NCBI GenBank assembly: GCA_964255285.1
Contig: CAXUUL010000062.1
Location: 1 to 40,858, forward strand
Reading direction: 5' to 3'
DNA from: Ionaspis alba
Taxonomy: Eukaryota
DNA length: 40,858 nt
Position 1 is the first letter of the stretch. Every line of letters starts with the position of its first letter. This document shows positions 1 to 10,738 of this stretch, piece by piece. A program made the translations under genes and the position numbers. Under the pieces are notes generated by a model. The model saw only the letters and a program-made list of their open reading frames with translations. It searched no databases and was not told the DNA's origin.

Positions 1-1295
1 GTCCGATATACGATCTGACTGGATGATACAGCCATCCCACCAGATTTGTATGATCAATGCAAAATCAAGTTGCCAATGTTTCTCGTTATCGATGTGGCGG
101 AGAAGATTCAGTCCTTGGACGAACGAGATGAGAAAAGCTGCATATGTGGTCTTGCGGAGGTCTTCAATGAAAGTCCTTCGGTCGATACCTTCTATCTTCC
201 CTGTCTTAAATATGTCCTTGAAAGCTTTTTTGGACAAGGATACGGTGCGGAGCATCTGCCGAGGTAAGGCGAAACTGATGCGCTGAGCTGATCGTGGTGC
301 TGCAACGTGAAGACGGCTACTCTCTTCCAGAGTCCAGGTACCTGTGCCTTCGCTCTCGTCGACATCCTGTACTACTTTGTCCTTGACTTTCCCAAATTCG
401 TACGTATGATCTTTGGGGTTTTCAGGACGGCAGATGTCCACTCCAATGGAAAGAAGAAAGTTGCGTTCCTTTTTCCGTATTACTGATGGATCTGGTTTAT
501 GGAAGAATCAACTTCGACGACATCTAGAAAGCTGATCTCACAAGCTCGCCTTTAGTGTTCTATGCCTCGAACACGTCACCAATCTCTTGATAGCTCATGC
601 CCAAGCATTTACTCATGATACCCCACACTTCACACAAAGTCGACATCATGCCCTGCTCGATTCCGTTGTGAACCATTTTGACATGATGACCAGAGCCTCC
701 TTCTCCCATCCAAGCAACACATAGCCGTCCCTGGGCGTCCTTGGCAGCAACTTTTTTCAGAAACGGTAGAACACTCTCCACGGCTTCCCTCTTACCACCA
801 GGCGACATCGATAGACCGTGACGAGCAGACTGATAACCCCCCGAGACGCCCAGGCCAATGAAATGAATACCCAAAGGGTCGAGAATCTTCTGTCTTCGTT
901 CCGGGTTTGGTAATGATCATTCGAGGCATCCAAGATGATATCACCTGACGCTAGATGAGGCCGTAAGCTCTCCACAGTTTTGTCTCCCACGCTTCCGTGG
1001 GGAAGGCTGAAGAAGAGCACTTTTGGCGAGCCCAGGCTTTTACGCAGATCTTCGTAATTCTTCTGCGGCTTGAGCTTTCCGCTGAGCCCTAACTCTTCCG
1101 CTTTTCCCAGCAAAGCATCAATACTGTCTTGTGATGGGTCACATAGAGATATTTCAACTCCCAATTCTACAAACAACAGAGACATCATTCCTCCCCTTGT
1201 TCCCCGCATCAACCATGGCGATCTGTACAATTCATGAGAACCTGAAGTAGGTCGGCTCTCTGTCTCTATCACTTGCTCACCTTTTTGATGTCCAT
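1..1295 (-). pseudogene. 6-phosphogluconate dehydrogenase-like pseudogene (3' part runs off the window)
   Basis: ATG at 1295 (MDIKK), intron, then 6PGD motifs FFSLPHG, IILDASN, FIGLGVSGG, GSGHHVKMVHNGIEQGMM, KDKVVQDVDESEGTGTW, GCIIQSD. These lie in different frames: frameshifts near 1195, 905, 296 and 228, plus an in-frame TAG at 560-562 (FEA*NTKGEL where W is expected). Confidence 0.88.
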
Positions 1296-1579
1296 CTCAA
1301 CACCCAGTATCGGGAAGCCAAGGTATCATAAAATCAATTGGTTGGTGCCGAATCTCCCGCTGAACGTTATGTGTGCAAACCGTCCTCGGGGTCTGGTCCC
1401 ACATCACTGTACATATTCTTTTTCCATTTGATCTAGGGTTCTAGAATTGCTAGTCCAAAGGGGACGACAACATCAAATGACGCACAAACGACATCATCAA
1501 TGAAGCGTTTCGAAAACTAGCAGTTTTAGAGAGGAATTCAAAGAGTGTAAACTCCTAATGCAAGTAGAGAATTGAAATC

Positions 1580-2709
1580 ATGAGCATAGATAACAAAGAC
1601 TTGAGAGTCCCAACCTGCTATGCCAGCTGTTCAATAGGCAGCCACTCTGACCCCCTCCCTAACAAGCTTGACGCCATCGCCGCTACTGGGTTTGATACTA
1701 TCGAGTTATCACTCCCTGATCTCCTCAATTTCGCCAGGTCACGCTTCGAGAAACATGTCACTGAAAAGGACTACGAGGCTCTTTGTCACGCAGGCCGGGA
1801 AGTCAAGGAATTATGCAAGTCGAAGAGACTGAAGATTCTAGTGCTCCAACCATTCTCTAACTTTGAGGGATGGCCGAAAGGATCTAGCGAACGCAAAGAT
1901 GCATTCCAGCGCGCAGAAGGTTGGATCAAAATCATGCAGGCTGTGGGGACGGACATGTTACAGGTGAGTGTCGAACGTCTCAGTCTATCTTGCAAAGCAC
2001 CACAGTTATGATTCAAGTCCGAATCACAACTGGCATATCTGACCCTTGTGCTGAACAGCTTGGATCTTCTGACTCTCCCTCCATAACCTCCTCTACAAAT
2101 ATTCTCGCAACTGACCTGGCCGCCCTCGCGGATCTTCTTGCCAAACACTCATTCTGCCTTGCATACGAGAACTGGTGCTGGGCTACTCATGCGCCGACCT
2201 GGCGTTCAGTCTACGACCTTGTATGTGCTGCCGATCGCCCGAATATTGGTCTCTGCTTGGACACGTTTCAGACGGCCGGTAGTGAGTGGGCGGATCCCAC
2301 AACTGCGTCCGGGCTCATTGAGGAATCTGGAGTAAGCGTAACAGAATTGGACGATAGATTCAAACAGAGTTTAAGATATCTGAGTGAAACAGTGCCACCA
2401 GAAATGATCTATTTTTTCCAGATCAGCGATGGGTATAAGATGGAGCCCCCAATGAAGAATGAGGAAGGCGATGATGGAATGAGACCAAGAGGCAGGTGGA
2501 GTCATGATTGGAGGCCTCTGCCGTTCCAAGACGGGTATTTGCCTGTAGTGGATGTTGTGAAAGCCGTGCTACAGACAGGATTCAGAGGCTACTTCAGCAC
2601 GGAGGTTTTCGATGGTAAGGAGAATGGGACGATGATGGAGGTGGCAAAGAAGGCGATGCAAATGCACGAGAAACTTATGAAGGAAGTAGAGCGTCCAACA
2701 GATTCATAA
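1580..2709 (+). CDS. Xylose-isomerase-like TIM-barrel enzyme (3-dehydroshikimate dehydratase / sugar-phosphate isomerase-like), 344 aa
   Basis: Exons 1580-1963 and 2059-2709, intron GTGAGT..CAG, frame conserved. Motifs GFDTIEL, LQPFSNFEGW, LAYENWCWATH, NIGLCLDTFQ, FFQISDG, GFRGYFSTEVF. Substrate not determinable from sequence. Confidence 0.85.
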
Positions 2710-4233
2710 CAATGACGTACGAATTCTATAGAGAAATCCTACTAGTGCTTGTGGTCTTCAGGGTCTCTAGCCTGACACTGCCTGCCCACTGTACACAATA
2801 GGTAGAATTCAACGCTCTTTAAAATGATCTTATTCTGTTTTTACATCATGTCGTTATGATCAATTGAAGCAAGTCGTTGTAGAGGTAATAATCTACTAAT
2901 TATGGAGCAGCAACCATTCCTGATCTCTTGCCTCGGACCCGATTCTCCGTCGTCATTATGTGATTATGATAGGATGCAGAAGGTCCTGGTCTCAGTAATC
3001 CGGTTACTTTAGTCTGCTTTGAAGGCTCAGCTTTGAGCGTGTAGCAAAACATATGCCGCCTCAGGCCTCCATGGTGTACAACTTTGTAGCTACGGAACCG
3101 GTCGGTTGGTATTCGGTATTGGACCATTACTCTTATTTTTTATTTTTCATCTTTATTTCTTGGATATCTCCACGAATGCTGCACTCAAAGATTGAATCCA
3201 GGATGTGACTAGTATATATATATTGACAAAAACTATGATAATAGTTTCTTAGGGAAAATCGAATTGTACGCCTTTTAAGCGCCTTTTCAACTTCATTGCT
3301 GTGTCTCGGTTACGGTTGTCTGGTGCGGAAAATTAGCCGATCAGTACCCTACAAGTACTGTCAAGGAGGGAAAGAGACAAGGAGGTCGGTTAATAGTTTA
3401 ACCGCTAGTAGCGTAAACCAGATAGTACTTCTTGCCCTTTAGATATTTAGAAAATCTACATCTTGCACCTCATCGCTGGTTGTACAGTTTTCTCAGTACA
3501 GAGTAGTTCGCAAACGCAAGACGATCCTGTATGTTGTGTAACATCAAACAATCCCTATCACATCTGCTGTCACCCGCATGAATGTGCCGTTCAGGAAAAT
3601 GCAAGCGCCGTCACATTGGCAGTAGAGTTATCACAAAAAGCAGAATATGGTTGTCAGCAGTGGTCCGCAAGCATGGGCTTCCATTAATCTGTGCTCACAC
3701 GGAGTGGTCTCATTTCTATGGCGTGCAAACTTGGCCACTCGACCTTGCTTGTTTCCTACTTCAAGAAGATGTATCCGAGTTCCTTTTTGTGTAAGTGAAA
3801 ATCTGAAGCAAACGTCGTAATACTCGTGCCAAACCACCTGTTACTCCCTATGATTGACTTTTTGTCTCATCCAGGTTCTTACATCCTTTGGCCCATGATA
3901 GTACAGCTGCAATTCAGAGCATTCCTTGCATACCACCCTTGAAAACATCCTGTGACGGGTAGGCTTTGGGTGCATAGGTCCAGTCCCGTAGGATCAACAG
4001 CCACGGTGCCGGGTTCTCAATATGCACGCCGTACATGGGATCAACTGGGCTGAATTCATTGGCCAATATCGATCATCTGTGTCCCACGGAGCACCTATAG
4101 TGTGGGTAGCAGATGCCAACCTGATCATTGTCGGAATGGAGTTTCAAGTATCGTTCAACCAGACGTTTAATCAAGATAGCCATACTTGCTGTTCATTCCT
4201 TTGTTGTGTTGATCATTTTCCCGTTCATTTTGT

Positions 4234-7200
4234 ATGCTGGACATGCAAAGTCCGGCTATGAAATTGCTGTCTTCAGGTGGTAGCAGTGGCGTTTTAGGAC
4301 CTTCGGATGTACCACCGGACAATGCACTGATAGCCCGAGATGCCTGGCAGATGCAAAGACCTGGTATGTATCTTTCACTTACATTTCATTTTCCAGATGT
4401 TTCTGGATGACTCTTGTTAATTGGTCATTATGAACGACTGCAGAAGACCGTGAAGTCTCGTTGGAGCTTCTAGAACGGATATCCCGTTACGATCATGATA
4501 GAGTCCACCGACGTCTTTCTAGGAAAAGGCTAGCAGGTACAGGAGAGTGGTTCCTGAGTCAAGCTGATTTTCAAGCTTGGTCTGCCGGAAATGGTCACCA
4601 CTCTCTCTGGTGTTCGGGTATAGGTACTTAATCGCTGTCAACGTGTCTTTGTTCGCAGAAACTGACGGATTCTTGTGGGCACAGTTGGATCTGGCAAAAC
4701 AATGATCGCGTATGTGGAGAGTTTCGAAATACAATACTTTGAAGGTTCAGCTTAGTCTACCTTAGTTGACTTTACCTGGGCATACAGTACTGCAGTTGTC
4801 GATTTTATGAAAGAGAAGTTGCAGAGACTCGGCCAAGCGACCGTCTATTTCTACTGCGAAACGGCACAGCGAGAACTCCTTAAAGCTTCGGACTTATTTG
4901 AGAGCTTCAGCAAACAGCTCCTTAGTTATCTTACGACAATCCACAAGCGCTGTCCCTACGCAGCCCGTTTGCAAATCAGAAAATTCTACGAGACCTCCGA
5001 AGTGGCACCTGATGAAGGCGATGTGTCAGACGTGTTTTCAGCTCTCTTTTCACATGTACCTGCAACAACCTATATTATCGATGGCCTTGACGAGTTCAAT
5101 CATGTAGAGGTATCCAAGGTGCTCAATGTTTTCCGGAATGTGTTTCGAAATGCTCAGGGCCAGAAGATCTTCATTTCTAGCAGGAAAGAGCTTGACCGCA
5201 ACATTGATATGATGAACTTCATCCCCGGGACTGTCAATATCTCAATCAGCTCATCAGATATCGAAAAGGATGTCGAATTATATATTGAATCGATGGTCAG
5301 GGGAAAAACCAATCATGATCGGAGAATAACTGAAGATCCGGCTCTTACCAAGCAGATCATGAGTAGGCTCTTGAACGGAGCGAAAGGAATGTAAGGCATC
5401 CGAGCATTCTGTATCTATATCATACTAAATCTGGGAGGTTCCTATGGGTACAACTTCAAATAGAAGCGTTGTGGGAAGAATGCTTCACGGACAACGAAGT
5501 ACTTAGTGCACTCGACAACCTTCCGGTTGATCTTGAGTCAACTTATCATCGCTGCCTTGAAAGGATCGAGGCTCGAAGTGGGAATCGGCATTTTGCGGTC
5601 AAAGTCTTCAAATGGGTTGGATGTGCCAGTCGTCCCCTGCATATCGAAGAATTAAGGGAAGCAACAGCCTTTGACTTATCTGACCACACTTGGGACCCCG
5701 GCAAGATACCAACATCCTCCCTCGTTATTAGCTGCTGCGCAAACCTAGTCGTCCTCGATACCACAGATCAATGTGTTCGATTTGCACATCCCTCTGTGAA
5801 ACAGTATCTTTCCGACAATTGGCAGGAATCCAACTATCCGTACTTCATTCAGCAAGACCAAGGGCAACTCGGGTGCGGAGAATTTTGTATCAATTACTTG
5901 TCGTTCCCAATTTTTGGTCTCCAGCTGCAGAGCCGTCCTCAGACATCTACGGTCATCACAAATCCGCTTCCCGGTCTGACTAATTTACCGCTTGGGACAT
6001 TTGTCTCCAGTGCGGCTCGACTTATGCATTCGAAACCATTTTCTTCAAAGAAAACTGTACGAGTCCTCACGCCTTCTATAGAACCACAAACTATACAGCC
6101 CGATACTTCCAAGTACAAATTTGTAGGATATGCTACTGAAAATTGGGCTTTAGATACCAGATTGATATCCAGCCAGTCGCCTGTTTGGCGTCAGTTTCGA
6201 AAATTGGCAATTCTACCTGTTAGTGGATGGAATGTGCATCCATGGACCTCTAATGATCGCACGCAACGTGCTCACCTACACGCAGTACTAGGATGGGCAA
6301 CAAAGAACAGACATATCCCTCTTCTCGATATACTTCTATCTCTGGACGAGTCATACTGTGTCCGCGACTTTTGCAACGTGGCATTGATCAACGGCGGCCT
6401 TCCCCCGCTACACCTTGCATCACGTTTAGGTTATGATGAAGTTGTAAGACTTCTCTTGAACATATGTGCAGTTAACGCATTGGATAGTCAAGGACGTACC
6501 GCTCTCCACTACGCTGCTGAAAAGGGTCAAGCACAAGTAGGAAGGCTGCTTTTGGCAACCAAAGGTGTAGAGGTTGACCCTTTAACTAATTTCCGGGAGA
6601 CTCCTCTCTGGCTTGCTGCCACTTCTGGAGAGACGCAATTGGTTACTCTGTTACTCCAGAACAAGGCAGATTATACCATCAGAGATGGTGTTGGCGTCTC
6701 ATCGCTAGAATCTGCAGTTCGGAACCATCACGTAACGGTGATACAAGTACTGTTGGATGCTGGCGTGGACGTCAATGCTAAGAATGGAAAGAAATCAACT
6801 GTCCTCCACACGGCTGCTTATAATGGATCGGAAGACATGGTCATTCTTTTACTATCTGCAGGAGCAAATCTTAATGCACGGAACGAGAGCCTCGATACCC
6901 CGCTGCACAATGCTGCGATGAAAGGACACACCAATGTGGCTAAGGTATTGCTGGATTTGGGAGCTCATCAAGAATCACAGAATTTCATCGATGAGACGCC
7001 GCTTTTGTGCTCGGCAAAGAATGGTCACAAATCGATAGCGCAACTATTGCTGGAGAACGGAGCGGATGTTGAGGCGAAAGACAAAGGCGGGTGGACGTCA
7101 TTATTGGAGGCCGCAAATTCCGGACACGCAGAATTGACATTGCTTCTGCTAGCGTATGGGGCCGATATCGAAACCCAACATGAATACCACGGTACAGCGT

Positions 7201-7871
7201 TGCAGATAGCTTCCAGAAAGGGGTATATCGAAATGGTATATATCTTACTGGATCATGGAGCGACAGCCGGATCAGGGTGTGGATATTTTGGTTACCCGTT
7301 GCAGGCCGCGTCCGCGTGTGGGCACTATTTGATCACGAAAGCTCTGCTCGGAAAGGCAAACTCGAATCAGTACGGTGGCCACTACTCTTCCGCCTTGCAT
7401 GCGGCCTCTTATGAAGGACACGATCAAATCGTTCGACTGCTGCTTGATTATGGTGCCAATATCAATGCTCAGGCTGACACTCTTGAAACTCCACTGATAA
7501 TGGCAATAAAGAAGCATCACCTTCACATTGTCAAAATACTTTTAGAAATGGGAGCTGATGTCAACATAGAAGGTGGGATATTTGGATCAGCCTTGCAGGC
7601 AGCTTCATACGAAGGCTTGGCTGAGATCGTCATTTCACTGATCAGTTACAATGCCCAGGTCGATGCGGATGGCGGACTGTACGGAACAGCACTACAAGCT
7701 GCTTCGTTCTCAGGCAACGTTCAGATTGTCCGCTTGCTCTTAGACGCAGGGGCCGATGTCAACATTGTAGGTGGGAGATTCGATACTGCTTTGCAAGCAG
7801 CTTCCGAACAGGACCATGGTCAAATAGTCAAATGCCTGTTGGAGCATGGAGCGAAACCGTTTCCACGGTAA
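4234..7871 (+). CDS. NACHT NTPase + ~16 ankyrin repeats (fungal NLR-like), ~1123 aa; start uncertain (ATG 4234/4243/4258/4351)
   Basis: Exons 4234-4363, 4444-4623, 4685-4709, 4788-5390, 5438-7871 join in frame (3372 nt). GTGEWFL, Walker A LWCSGIVGSGKT, Walker B YIIDGLDE, KIFISSR, GMFLWVQLQI, RFAHPSVKQYL, then an ankyrin array. Confidence 0.9.
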
Positions 7872-8456
7872 ATCACCAGACCTCGAACACGTCCCAACGA
7901 TTGTATAGAGTCAGATCACATGAATTCTGGCCTTTTTCATTTGCCTTAGAAATGGACACAATTCATATGAAGTTGAGCACAAAACAACATGTATAACAGG
8001 GAATCGCCAGAATGATATCAAGTCTGATTTCTACTCTTTCGTGTGCCCTGTGGCCCGAGATAGCTTGGTGCTCTGGCCCTGGCAAAACAAGTTCCCCGTT
8101 AAGGCGGGAGCACGGCGGGGTCATTTAAATCGTTGCCGAAACATAACAACCACAATAGTTTGCGAAAAGTACGATCCTTGGAGCACCTCTCTAATTCCAC
8201 CTCCTTTAGGGCTCTGGCATTGGCCCCCTGAAGCAAACATTGTGGTTCAACTGACCCCGCTGTGAGGTCTGGTCAAGGACAACGAATCGAATTGACAATA
8301 TAGAACGCTAAGTTCTAAGATGGTAGAAGACGACTAAGTAGTCATATATGCTGACTAAGCAATGACGTGTGTTCCACTCGCGAGGCCCTCTCACAGCAAC
8401 CGTGTATCATCTAGCATAGGAACTCTTTGATTCCTGTGGTGGAAGCCTGTTGAATC

Positions 8457-9897
8457 ATGGCCAGATTCGATACACAAGGAGTTGCGTCCATCTTGGACAC
8501 TGATTTGTACAAAATCACCATGCAGTGTGCTATACTGAAGCACTTTCCTAACACTTGTGGAGTTCCAATTTTCTGTAATGGCGATGGTCACTGACTGCTA
8601 GTTAGATGTCACTTACAGTTTCACCAATCGAACTCCCCAGAAGCAGTTGAGCTTCGAAGCTTTCACTTGGCTCCAACATCGAATTGATGGTGAGCAAAGA
8701 CATAACGTTGAGGGGACGCCACTGATTGATAGATCTTAAGAGTCTCTCACTGTCGGCCGACGAACTCGACTACTTAACGACTGCCTGCCCTTATTTAAGC
8801 CATGAATATCTGGACTTCCTCAGTTCATTTCGGTTTCATCCCTCCTCGCATGTGAAGATCGACTTGCAGGATGGCGATATCCATCTTACCGTTAATGGCC
8901 GTTGGGTTGATACTATTCTCTACGAGATTCCTCTTCTGGCCCTCATCAGTCAGGCTTACTTCACGTTCTGTGATCGAGATTGGAGCTACGACGGACAGGA
9001 AGAAAGAGCGTACCGAAAAGGGATCAGGCTACTAGAACATGGCTGTATATTCTCTGAATTTGGGACGAGACGGAGAAGGGACTACCATACTCAAGACACG
9101 GTCCTTCAGGGACTCAAACGTGCTGCCACTATTTCTGGGAATGGCATTTTCAGCGGGACGAGCAACGTACACTTTGCTATGAAGCACAACTTACCGCCTG
9201 TTGGAACCATTGCGCATGAGTGGTTCATGGGGATTGCTGCCGCAATAAATGACTACCGTAGTGCATCTGAAAAAGCTTTAGGTTACTGGATCGAATGCTT
9301 CGGCGTGGGCGTCCTTGCAATTGCACTGACAGATACATTTGGAACACCGGTATTCTTACAAGCCTTCAAAAAGCAGATTCCGGAGGCCGCTCGTCGGGAT
9401 CCCACCCAAGTCACCAATTGCTCGTATGCCCAGGCCTTCACGGGCATCCGCCAAGATTCTGGAGATCCAAAGGAGTTCATTCAAATAATGCGGGATTTCT
9501 ACGACGATCAGAAAATCTTGGAAAAAAAGACGATGGTATTCTCAGATTCGCTGGATGTGGATCGCTGCCTAGATTACAAAAATGCTGCAGAGGAATCAGG
9601 GTTTCAGCCCACGTTTGGGATAGGCACGTTCCTGACGAGTGAGTCCCTTCTCATCCAGTCCCCTTGCGATGTCTTATTCACGCAGATGACTTCTATCATC
9701 CCAACGGCACAAAATCGGCGCCCTTGAATATCGTGATCAAGCTGTCTTCCGTGGATGGAAACCCGGCAGTCAAAATCAGCGATGACCTCGGTAAGAACAC
9801 CGGGGATGCTGCGACGGTGCAGAGAGTGAAGGAGACGCTTGGCTATATCGACAAGCGGTGGGCTGGTGGTAGCGAAACGGAGCGATGGGGGTCTTGA
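8457..9897 (+). CDS. NPT1: Nicotinate phosphoribosyltransferase
   Basis: Four exons. [96 protein letters not shown]. Confidence 0.97.
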
Positions 9898-10738
9898 GCC
9901 TGCCTTGTTGTGTCTTGAGAAGGCTTGTCGCACTGTGAGAAATGCAGCGACATGTAGACTAGCCAATAAGCGAGTAATAAGAGCTACATAATGACTTTGG
10001 AAGAAGAACCACACCGCAATGAGCGTTTTGGACTCTTACTCGAGCCTCCCTGTTATATTGGCAGAAGGTCTCTATGTAAGCTTGCCGGCCATTCACGAAG
10101 GACTAAGCTGTCAGGACTCCGGCCTCTACGTCGCAGTCACTCAGCGTGGCCTGATCCCAAAGCTCGTCATCTGCTGATGTGGAAACTGTTGGGTATGTTA
10201 GAGAGCTCTGGAGAAAGTGTCCGTAGTGACATTCCTTGTGGCAACGGGTGGGTGAAATAGGTGATTTGGTGATGAATGGATTGTGGCTCAGAGCTAAATA
10301 TAGTTGAGCCAGGCTGCCACAGGTGTGGTGTTAGAAGAGAGTTGGCTGAAAATCTGCATAAAGTACATCTTTTCAACCTATGGACGAGATCAGCGACAGT
10401 TGATTGTTTTCTTGAGATTGGAAGCTCCTCCTAACTGTTCTCTTGCCTATATACTAGATGGCATCATAGTTGGGAGTCAACTAGCCTCGCTCGCATCCCT
10501 GCTCTTCTGCAACTATTCCCTGAGCCTCCTGAGCCAACACTAATCTCATGCCAGCAGACCCAAAGCATTTCGTCCAACCCAACTCTTTCATCTAACGCTG
10601 CGCAACATCTGTACATAAGTATTGTTTGTATTCTGCCGCCATCATTCAGATCCGTTTTCCATTTGCTTCGCACTCACCTCTGTGCACGCGGGTCCTGCAC
10701 AACCTTTCCCAAGGTTTAGACAATCTCACGCGCTGAAG

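Noticed and set aside
3130..3460. AT/TpA-rich patch as a RIP-degraded transposon
   Set aside because: Too short; no terminal repeats or transposase/RT remnants recognisable.
4234..4363. Amyloid signalling motif at the NLR N-terminus
   Set aside because: Lacks the N/Q/G-aromatic pseudo-repeat pattern of HRAM, PP or sigma motifs, contains several prolines, and no adjacent HeLo/SesB-type effector was seen.
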